A DNA stretch of 64,000 nt from Malacoraja senta (Eukaryota). Of the stretch, positions 54,146 to 64,000 are shown piece after piece. The stretch is from the NCBI GenBank assembly GCA_038087875.1, contig CM075988.1, forward strand, positions 19,346,001 to 19,410,000, in the 5' to 3' direction. Positions within the stretch are counted from its first letter, which is position 1, and each line of letters opens with the position of its first letter. A model generated the notes under the pieces. That model had not been told where the DNA came from. It saw only the letters and a program-made list of their open reading frames with translations, and did no database searches. The position numbers were made by a program, and so were the translations under genes.

Positions 54146-54452
54146 GATTTAGACTTTAGAGATACAGCGTGGAAGCACTCCCTTCGGCCCACTGAGTCCG
54201 CACCGACCAGTGATCACCCCGTACACTAACACTATCTTACACACTGGGAACAATTTACAAATTTTACCAAAGCCAATTAACCTATAAACCTGTATGACTT
54301 TGGAATGTGGGAGGAAACCGGAGCACCCGGAGAAACCCCACGCAGCCACAGGGAGATGTACAAACTCCGTACAAACAGCACCCATCGTGAGGATCGATCC
54401 CGGGCCTCTGGTGCTGTAAAGTGAGCAACTCTACCGCTGCACCACTGTGCCA
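54146..54452 (-). mobile_element. V-SINE (HE1-like); other copies at ~38-590, 6010-6310, 7991-8245, 12912-13030, 28907-29240, 30680-30970, 38555-38845, 58630-58770, 61578-61960, 62950-63030
   Basis: Same family. Confidence 0.87.
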
Positions 54453-54559
54453 CACACAGTGCTGGAAGGATCCAAAGGACAGTTGCCAGTCTGATCAATG
54501 AACCATGAGGGGAAGAAACCCAATCTTTGGACAGTCATCCCTTTCCTCTTGGAAATAGA

Positions 54560-55340
54560 ACATCAAACATAGCACAGTACAGGCACAGGGACAGGCCCTT
54601 TGGCCCACAATGTCTTACTGTAACTATCTGTATATAATCCATATGTTGAGATAAACTGATCTCGTCTGCCTGCACCAGATCCACTTCCCTCCTTTCCCTG
54701 CATATCCATGTGCCTATCTAAAAGTCTCTTAAACACCACTATCATATCTGTCTCCACCACCATTCCAGGCTTTCCAGGAACCCACCATCCTCTATGTAAA
54801 AATGCCCAACGCATCTCCTTTAAACTTTGTCCATTTCATCTTAAAGCAATTCTCTCCTATCGTTTCTGTAGGTAGGAACTGCAAGTGCTGGTTTACACTG
54901 AAGATAGACACAAAATGTTGGAGTAACTCAGCGGGACATGCAACGTCTCTGGATAGAAGAAATGGGTGACGTTTCGAGTCTGAAGAAGGGTCATTCCTTT
55001 TATCCAGATATGCTGCCTGTCCCACTGAGTTACTCCAGCATTTTGTGTTGATCTTCCCTCTTATCTTTGACATTTCCACCATGGGAATAAGGTTCTGACC
55101 ATCTACCCTCTCTGTTCCTCTCATCATTTTATACATTACTAGCAGGTCTTCCCTCAACCACCGGTGCTCCAGAGAAAACAATCCAAGCTTGTCCAGCCTC
55201 TCCCTGGAGCTTGTATCTCCTAATCCAGGCAGCCTTCTGGTAGACCTCTGCACCCTCTCCAAAGCCTTTACATCCTTCCTGTAATGGGGTGACCAGAACT
55301 GCATGCAATACTCAAAATGTGACCTAAACAAGATCTTGCA
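54560..55340 (-). mobile_element. Old CR1 3' fragment interrupted by an inverted Penelope-like piece (~54865-55055)
   Basis: ORF track FEYCMQFWSPHYRKDVKALERVQR...ERLDKLGLFSLE. Confidence 0.85.
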
Positions 55341-55844
55341 GGTAAATGGCACAATTTCCTAAAATAAGCTGTGATACAGATTATGTGTTTGCTGGGACAG
55401 TTAAACAATCTTCTCCTGTGCCTCTGCACAACAAGGGAGCCAAGCGACCAGCTAATGCATTTGGCTTGGGTTGGTTGATGATGGAATGACAGGTACCATC
55501 TAGAGAACAGATACCTTGCCTTTCAAACAGTGCCATGAGGTTCAGTAGAGCACGCTGACAGATAATCTTTGCATCTCTGGAACAGTGCTATCACCAGCAA
55601 TTCTGAATCCCGTCAATCCTGCACCAGTGTTTTATATTCCCAAATCCCAGAGATATGCCTGAACACACAACCACCTGACTCATTGATGCAGACAGGCAAA
55701 CAGTTTTTGAGTCACTTGTGATTATCCGTTCTGATCTCTTAAGTGCATGGCGGTGTTGTTAGTTACCACTTTGCAAGTTTAACTGTTAGGTGTCCAGTTA
55801 GTATTCAAGAAAACTTTTCTGAGGTGAGTTGGTGAATCAATCTT

Positions 55845-56530
55845 ATCAATGGTATGAACACTGAATTCTCCAATTTCAAGCTGGCTCGAAGGGCCGAATG
55901 GTCTACTCCTGCACCTATTGTCTATTGTTAACCTCTCTCTTTTCACTCACCGCACACACTTTTCTCCCACCATCTCCCACTCCCCAGTCACCCTCCTCCT
56001 TACTCTCAACTCCCATCCCCAAATCCCATATTTCCTTTCTTATCCCCCCTCTTTCCCCTCACCCCCGTCTTCCGCCTATATCGCTCCCTCCAGCTTTACA
56101 TTTCACTCTTGCTCTTCTTTCCTTATCTAAAACCCCTTTGTCTCTTTTTCACCTCTAGTCTTCGTCACTTACTCCACCCATCCACCAACCAATCTCCTCA
56201 CACCTGAGTTCACCTATCACTTGCCACCCTTTGTCCCACCCCCACCTCTCTTTTCCACTTTTCTCCCCCGACTCCACCAGTCTAAAGAAGGGTCCCGACC
56301 CGAAACATCAGGGCTAACAAAATTCAGGGATATGGGGAGAAAGCAGGAACAGGGTACAGATTTTGGATGATCAGCCATTATCATATTGAATGGCGGTGCT
56401 GGCTCAAAGGGCCGAATGGCCTACTCCTGCGCCTATTTTCTTTATTTCTATGTTTCTATCACCTGTCCATTCCCTCTACAGATGCAGTCTGACCCGCTGA
56501 GGTTCCTTCAGCATTTTGTGTTTTGTGCAT
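55845..56530 (+). mobile_element. Penelope-like 3' end (ORF terminus, pyrimidine-rich UTR, terminal repeat) with two CR1-tail insertions
   Basis: GMNTEFSNFK, CT-rich tract, degenerate hammerhead at ~56282-56310; links the short terminal fragments to a GIY-YIG element. Confidence 0.75.
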
Positions 56531-56757
56531 TCTTTTATATTTTATGATCCCTAACATATTGTAATAGTTCCAAAATTTAGTAATTACTAGACTAAGTGGG
56601 AGGGATGGTCCCCCAATGCAATATTCCACCTCTCCACCAATTCCAATATTGGTGACCAGTGGGGGGGGGGTGCTTTCTGGAGTGCTAGTATGGGTGTTGT
56701 GGGCCGAAGGGACTGGTTTCCAGAGGGCTAGTATGGACATTGTGCGCCGATTGGATT

Positions 56758-56922
56758 GGTGGGCTGGAACCTCTGTCACTCAGGCCTGGTGGGCTGGCAG
56801 CTCAGTCACTCAGGCCTGGCAGCTCAGTCACTCAGGCCTGGCGCCGTTGGCTGGCAGCTCAGTCACTCAGGGGCTGGTGGGCTGGCAGCTCAGTCACTCG
56901 GGGGCTGGTGGGCTGCAGCTCA
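56758..56922. repeat. 20-30-bp irregular tandem repeat (GGCTGGCAGCTCAGTCACTCAGG)
   Basis: About six copies visible. Confidence 0.9.
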
Positions 56923-56974
56923 GAAACTGCCAGAAATTCTGCCCAAAGCAGGTGAGAGACTGTGAGAGAAATGA

Positions 56975-57392
56975 GTGGTTTCAGGCAGACCAAACAACTA
57001 ATTTCATTTCATTCCCATTTCCATTGCAGTTTCAAGCACATGGCTGGTCAACCAATTCATTGCATTTTCATTTCATTTCCATTTCCATTGCAGTTTCAAG
57101 CACAGGGCAGGCCAAACAACTCATTGCATTTTCATTTAATTTCCATTTCCATTGCAGTTTCAAGCACAGGGCAAGTCAAACAACTCATTGCATTTTCATT
57201 TAATTTCCATTTCCATTGCAGTTTCAAGCACAGGGCAGACCCAACAACTCATTGCATTTTCATTTCATTTCCATTTCCATTGCAGTTTCAAGCACAGGGC
57301 AGGCCAAACAACTCATTGCATTTTCATTTCATTTCCATTTCCATTGCAGTTTCAAGCACAGGGCAGGCCAAATAACTCATTGCATTTTCATT
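56975..57392. repeat. 64-bp minisatellite, ~6.5 copies
   Basis: CAGGGCAGGCCAAACAACTCATTGCATTTTCATTTCATTTCCATTTCCATTGCAGTTTCAAGCA starting at 57103, 57167, 57231, 57295, 57359 with more diverged copies upstream. Confidence 0.95.
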
Positions 57393-58945
57393 GAGGCTAA
57401 TAAATCATTTATTGCAAGTACATTGCAGACTCACAGTTCAGTTGACACACAGCTTAGAATCACAGTTATTGTCTCACCCTCATGATGTTCCAGAGTGACT
57501 GACTGACGTCTGACATCCGGGGCTTTATACTCCTGGTCCCCTGGAGTCATGATTTTTTAAACATTCATAATTTTTTTATTTTCAGCGATCGGAAAAATCC
57601 TCGGGGCTGCTGCAGCGGAGGAGGACTGTAAGATGGCCAAAAATCATAGTGATATAGAGTCATGTTTTTCCTAAAATCAATTAATAACGTAGACAGGAAG
57701 TGGTCAAGATGAGACTTTTAGTATATTAATAGATTTAGTGATTAATGAGGTAATTACATGATAAAATACATTTAAATCACAGTGATTTATCTTTTGATAT
57801 AAGACCCCTTCATGGTCAACAGGCCAATATTATGTGATTAACATCACCTTTCATTTTCAGCACAACCGTGGACTACTGCAGATGTTGGAAATCTGAAACA
57901 AAATCAGAAACTGCTGGAAATACTCAGTAGGTCAGGCAGCATCGATGAATCTCGTTTTTTGGGAAATGGCAAAGACTGGACTAAGGTGAGAAGAGGAAAA
58001 TGTAAAGGAGATGTGTGGGCAAGTTTTATTTACACAGTGAGTGATGGGGACCTGGAACATACTACCAGGGTGATGGTGCAGGCAGATATGATAGTGAAGT
58101 TTAAGGGTGTTTTAGACAGGTATGGATATGCAGGGAATTGAGGAATAAGGATCATGTGCTGGCACAAGAGATTAGTTTAACATGGCATCGTGATTGTGAG
58201 CTGTAAGGCCTCTTCCAGTGCTGTACTGTTCTACGCTCCATGTTTTAATACTTCTTCATGAGATAGAAGAAGGCTATTTGGCCCATCAAGTCCATGCTAG
58301 CACGAGTGCCATGGCCTCCCCCTGCGACCTATTGTCTCTCTCGTGTCCATTAATGGCCCTCCCAGCTGAACCAGGGGTAATACACGGTGGCTAATTTATC
58401 ACCCTGCTCATCTGGGTGAGGGGTGGGGGAGAACAAAGGAGGACCCACTGAGAACTAAGGGGGGACCACAAATGGAATGTGTTAAAAATGGTTTGCGTAA
58501 AATTTATTATTTTTGTAACTCTGTTGGCGCCCTTTATGTGGCGACTCTTTGCATTCCGTAACAAAGAATATCACTGCGACTCGTCACTTGTGACAATAAA
58601 GTATCATTCATTCATTCATTCATTCATTTATCCTTAGGATGTGGGAGGAAACAGGAGCACACAAGGAATGTCAAGGAAGAACATGCAAACTCCAGACAGA
58701 CAGCACCGGATGTCAGGAGCAAACCCAGGGCACTGAAGGTTTGGTGACAGCTCAATCCTCGGCTGGTGAGAGAGGCAGCCTTGAAATTCATTCTTGGCGA
58801 GTCGAGGCAAACAGCCTTGAAATTCATTCTTGGCGAGTCGAGGCAAACATGCTGCCTGGAGGAAGCAGACCAAATCCAATAGAATGAACTTCAGAGGCAG
58901 AGTAAGCAGACTGCTGGTCCTGCACAGTGTATTAGTGCTACCAAT

Positions 58946-60002
58946 TCTTCTTCTTTTCGTGTCTTTGAAGCTGGTTGGCTATATGACAGTTTCCCATTCC
59001 TTTACACAGTCCTTTGCGTTTTTATTGAACACTGCAAGATCCTTTGAGCTGCACTGGTTGGGTAGTAGGGGGCAGACAAGGCAGTGCTGCATTGTGTGGT
59101 CCTCTTCTCCACATTCACAGGTGGTTTGGCCAGTTTCATAGCCCCATCTGGCCATGGCATCTTTTGATCGCCCTGTTCCTGTTCTCAGGCAGTTGAGCGT
59201 CTTCCACTGGACCCATGGTGCTTCTGAGCCCGGAGGGAGGGCTTCAGAAGGAGGGATACCCATGTCAGTAGGAGGGCGGTCGTCCTGAAGCCTTTTTGTC
59301 CATAGTTGGAGTCTGGTTTCTTCCCGTGATGCTATTAGGGGCTGGACATGGCTGAGAAAGCTTCTCCTGGACTTCAGCCGTTGGGCCGGGGGTACACGTC
59401 CGTAGAGGAGGTGGCGTTCATCATTGGTGGCCTTGGTCATCTCTACTCGGCTGGCGACTTTCCGTCTCACATCAGCAGGGGCAATGCCAGCGAGGAGGTG
59501 CAGGTTGTTTATGTTGGTGGGCTTCAAGCAACCAGTGATTGAGCGGCAGGTGTTATTCAACGCTGGGTCTAGTTTCTTGGCATGGGATGATCTCTCCCAA
59601 ACAGGACACGCATACTCCGCAGAGGAGTAGCACAGGGCCAGAGCAGTAGATCTTAATGTGTGAGCTGTGGCTCCCCATTTGGAGTTGGTCAGCTTCTGGA
59701 GAATGTTATTCCGGGAGTTTACTTTCAGTTTGGTGTTTTTGACGTGTTCCTTATAGGAGAGAGTGCGATCCAGTGTTACACCGAGGTAGACAGGGTTGGT
59801 GCAGTGCTCAAGTGGTGTTCCAGACCATGTGATGTTAAGGGGTCTGTTTGCTTCCCGGTTCCTGAGATGGAACGAGCAGGCTTGGGTCTTCGCAGGGTTT
59901 GCGTGTAGGTGGTTGCGCTCGTAGTAGAGGTGTAGCTCATCTAGGGCTGAGGTGAGATTCGCTTCTACAGCTTCAAACGTACTCTCTTGGGATGTTACAC
60001 AG
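58946..60002 (-). mobile_element. RTE-clade LINE 3' fragment with open frame
   Basis: 344-aa ORF: HANPAKTQ, YLGVTLDRTL, AEYACPVW, C-terminal C.CG..TM.H...C; (AAG)n tail; 12-bp TSD AGTGCTACCAAT (58934-58945/60003-60014). Confidence 0.9.
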
Positions 60003-60064
60003 AGTGCTACCAATGACAGATGAAGATCTATCCAACAAAGTTAATGCTTCAGGAGAGTTTCATA

Positions 60065-60620
60065 GAATGTTTCATAGAGTCATAGAGCATGGAAGTAGGC
60101 CCTTCAGCCCATCTTGACCATGCCAACCAAAATGCTTCAACATAGCTGGTACCATATCCTGCATTTGGCCCATATTTCTCAATCTTTTCTATCCATGTAC
60201 CTACCCAAATATATTTTAAATATCATTATTGTACATGCATGAACTACTTCCTCTTGCTGCTACTCATTCCATACATCCACCACTCCCTGAGTGAACAGTT
60301 GCCACCCCCCAGGTTTTTATTAAATCTTTCCTCTCTCACCTTAAAATTATGCCTTCTCAGTCTTGATTCCACTGCACTGGGAAAAAAGATAATTCTGAGC
60401 ATTTACCCGATCTATTCCCCTCGTGATTTTAGACACCTCTCCCAGATCACGCCTCATCCTCCTGCACTACAAGGAATGAGGTCCAAGCCTGCCCAACCTC
60501 TCCCTGCAGCTCAGGCTCTCGAGTCCTGGCAACATCCTTGTAAATCTTCTCTGCACCCTTTCCAAATTAATGGTATCTTTCATATAGCAGGGTGACCAAA
60601 ACTGAACACAATACTCTAAT
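60065..60620 (-). mobile_element. Old CR1 3' fragment
   Basis: Reverse complement of the QFWSP / RRMR.DL / CR1 tail sequence seen in other copies. Confidence 0.75.
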
Positions 60621-60644
60621 TTGATCAAATGGAAAAAAATATAT

Positions 60645-61000
60645 ATATTTTTTTTTTAATTTTTATTTATTAGAAGTACATTACATTACAACCACATACA
60701 TTAGTACTCGTCATTTATATCTTCTTACAATTAATGTACTCCATTTATTTTTTACACTAGAAAAGGAAAAGATTGAAAGAAAGAAGAAAGTGAAGGAAAA
60801 AGTGAAAGTGTAGGAAATGTGACAACAAAAAGGGACGAAGACCCTATAAGAGCAAAATTAAAAACAAAAGAAAAAGAGTTAAGAAATAGACCCTAGGAAA
60901 GAAAGAAAGAGAGAAAGAGGAAAAAGAGAGAAACAAATATTTTTATGAGCATTACGTAAATGGGACATACCAACTCTTCAACTATCATCCCCCCTTACCA
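60645..61000 (-). mobile_element. L1-like 3' UTR fragment
   Basis: Poly-T start and TTATTAGAAGTA matching the reverse complement of the 25940-25960 3' end. Confidence 0.6.
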
Positions 61001-61727
61001 AATGGAAAAATATAATCAACATATACTCTATTGAGTATTATTTCGCATAATTGATACATCATACCTGGAAGCAAATATAGTTCCCGCAGTCAAAGTTCTT
61101 CAACAAAAGTAAGAGACAAAATGAATCAAATGCTGGGAAGAAGGGGAGAATAGTACGGGAAGGTATGTGGAGTGCAAATGAAAAATGTGTTGGTGTGAAG
61201 TCGTGTTGGGTTGCCAATTGATTTGAGTAAAAGGTGACGTGATTGGGGTTTGGATATGAAGGATTAGGAGAACCATTATGTTGTGATCTGGCCTGCTGCA
61301 GAGTCTGAGACGAATGACCTGCTGAGATACATTGTGGTGAAAATTAAGCAGGGGTAAGTGAGAATGGAAAATGAAATAGGAAAGGAACACATGAAGCAAG
61401 AGACGGCAATGCTTTGAGGCAATGCTTTCTGTTCTTCTTCACTAAATGTGAACAATGCCAGTAATGTCAACATTAATTATCCATCCGTAAATACCCTTGA
61501 ACTGAGAGGGAAGGTAAAATGTCACGTAAAAGCCAGACCAGGCATGGGAAACAGATCACCCTCGCCGGGCATTAGACTACGGTGGTGCTGCGATAGAGTT
61601 GCTGCCTTACAGCAGCAGAGACCCGGGTTCAATCCTGACCTCAGGTGCTCTCTGTACGGAGTTTGTACGTTTTCTCCGGGTGCTCCGTTTTCTTCACGCT
61701 TTCCAAAGACGTACAGGTTTGTAGGTT

Positions 61728-61934
61728 GACACACAAAAATGCTGGAGTAACTCAGCGGGCGAGGCAGCATCTCTGGAGAGCAGGAATGGGCGACGTTTCG
61801 GGTCGAGACCCAAGGTTCCCGACACAAAACGTCTTCCCATTCCTTCTCTCCAGAGATGCTGCCTCACCCGCTGAGTTACTCCAGCATTTTGTGTCTACCT
61901 TCAATTTAAACCAGCATCTGCAGTTCTTTCTTAC
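61728..61934. mobile_element. Inverted pair of Penelope-like terminal fragments inside a V-SINE
   Basis: 15-bp TSD ACAGGTTTGTARGTT (61713-61727/61935-61949). Confidence 0.85.
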
Positions 61935-64000
61935 ACAGGTTTGTAAGTTAATTGGTTTCCGCACGGCAGCTGCACGGAGCGGCAGGGGAAGGAGCCGACG
62001 GCATCGCGCTGGGCCAGGCCGACCCCTACTTCACCAATCCAGTGCCGCCACGACACCGAGCCTTAAAATGAGAAAATAAGAAACTGCAGATCTCCTTTGG
62101 CACTTAATAGAGCTCTTAAAGATAGCAGAGTCAGGGGATATGGTGAGAAGGCAGGAACGGGATACTGAATGTGGATCAGCCAGGATCACCGTGAATGACG
62201 GTGCTGGCTCGAAGGTCCGAATGGCCTACTCCTGCACCTATTGTCTATTGTCTTGTCTAAGATCGGACTTTTCAAGGACTTGGAAGTTGCAAGATGGTGC
62301 TGGAACATGGCGACTCTCTGCTAGCTGTTCCAGAAGAGGATCTATTGTACACATGTATGGTCAGATTCGACTGGATATAAACTGACGTTATATCATCTTA
62401 TATATTTCTATCAGGTCTCCCCACCACCTCCAGCAATCCAGTGAAAAGAATCCAGGTCTATCCAATCTCTCCCTGTAGCTCATACCCCTTCATCCAGGCA
62501 TCATTGTAGTAAACCTCTTCTTCAATCTTTCCAAAGCCTCCACATCCTTCCGGGCAAAGGGGAGACCAGATCCGCAAGCAATACTCCAAGCGGCCTAGCC
62601 AAAGTCGTAAAGAGCTGCACCGTGACTTCCTGACTCAAGAGCAGGCTGCTTAATGCTGAATGTGGTTGAGCTTTCTGAGTGCAACCCGCAGTCATCCGGG
62701 CAAACAGAGTCGTCCATCAGTCCCCTGACAGGTGCTGTAGCTACTAGACAGCCTTCAAGTATCAAGAGTCGAGCACCTGTAAAACCAAAATGATCGGCAG
62801 CAGGATCATAAACCACAGGGTGTCACCCGTAAGTCATGAGCTGTCCAACATGGCCACATCTCTCAGAATTGGTACATGCTTTAGCAACTTGAACAAGCAA
62901 AATATGACATGGACCAGAGAAACTGCCAAGATGCATTTCATCATTTGAGTTCAGTTTAGTTTAGTTTAGTTTGGAGATACAGCACAGAAACAGGCCCTTC
63001 GGCCCACCGAGTCCCACCCACTAACACTATCTGACGCTATCATGTTCAATGCTGACACAGTGGGCCGAAGGACCTTTACGTGTGTTGTACTGACCTACAT
63101 TCTATGCTTTTTCTGTGGGGGACAAAAAGGGACAGACGGTATTTCAGGTAATCCAGGTGAAGACTCTCAACCCAAAATGTTGACTGACCATTTCCCTCCA
63201 CAGGTGCTACCTATCCACCCGAGCTCCACCAGCAGTTTGTTTGTTGAAAAGGTTGAATTGTTGAAGCCAGCGTATATTTATCTGCACCGACTCAATGCTT
63301 TGCACTCAAGCCACTGTAAGTAAATCTCCCTGTATTAAGAGCTATCCCAGAGTATTACTATGATCTTCTCTTGTATAAATATCACAGCCCACGAGGCTAA
63401 CTACACTTGATAAACAGAAACTGTATTGGAAACCCTGGAACGAGCATCTGATTGAATATCACACAGGGGGTTGTGAGGCCGTTCTCCACTCCACAAGGAA
63501 GCTTTTGTTCAGTTTACACCCTTTTCAAAAGCTTCTGGTATCGTCTCAAGTAAAACTAAAGGCTTCCGTGACGGACTTAGCACCATCTCCAGGCTCTTAG
63601 CAAAGTGACACGCTTAACGGATAGAAAACTCTTCATAAGACATGCATTAGAATAACCGGTTCTTCGGAACACGCATCTTTCGAGGCCTCGCTGATTTATT
63701 TATCGAACATAATTTGTTAAATATTTAGCAGGTAGCTCTGGAATGTTTTTGCACCACTCTTTCTACCCAGAGAACCGATCGAAAAATTCCATTTACGCAT
63801 ACACTGGACAGATGAGTGGGGTGAGTGAGGAAGATTTGGTAGCACTGGGCCACATGGACCCACAACATATTCTGTGCCCAGAAACCATCGACTCATTAAA
63901 GGAGAACCGATGAAATACGTCTCCTCTCTTTCAAAATATGGAAGAAAGCTTCACATTTTCTTTTTAGGTATTTTTTTCTGCTTGGCTATAGGTGGGGGTA

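Larger units (their letters stand above)
56587..57733 (-). mobile_element. Non-autonomous Helitron carrying minisatellites
   Basis: Minus strand 5' TC at 57733, 3' CTAG at 56587-56590, A/T flanks; end CTAGACTAAGTG resembles CTAGACCAAGTG at 45163; subterminal hairpin degenerate. Confidence 0.75.

Noticed and set aside
56975..57392. CRISPR-like regular array
   Set aside because: Units are contiguous 64-bp tandem copies without unique spacers; no cas genes; vertebrate context
58776..58847. 36-bp direct repeat x2
   Set aside because: Simple local tandem duplication with no further structure

Overview
Repeat-dense vertebrate DNA with no supportable host protein-coding exon. The repeat set (HE1/V-SINE-type tRNA SINEs, CR1 LINEs with 8-bp microsatellite tails, Rex1/Babar, Penelope) suggests a cartilaginous fish, probably a skate or ray (inference). 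Main elements: (1) a 5'-truncated young CR1 LINE (18923-22642, -) with the ORF1 esterase C-terminus and an APE+RT ORF2; (2) a structurally complete but coding-dead DIRS1-type tyrosine-recombinase retrotransposon (49126-53919, +) with perfect termini/ICR, flanked by an atypical ~122-bp duplication; (3) many short Penelope-like terminal fragments with target-site duplications and minimal hammerhead-ribozyme cores, including a tandem copy whose junction lies at the predicted self-cleavage site; (4) non-autonomous Helitrons, including a head-to-tail CTAG|TC concatemer and one carrying a 64-bp minisatellite; (5) three PIF/Harbinger-like MITEs; (6) RTE, L1 and Rex1 fragments and a 200-N assembly gap. 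A few repeat-free AT/TAAT-rich islands are candidate conserved enhancers. All coordinates were read by eye; family names come from recalled motifs, not database searches.
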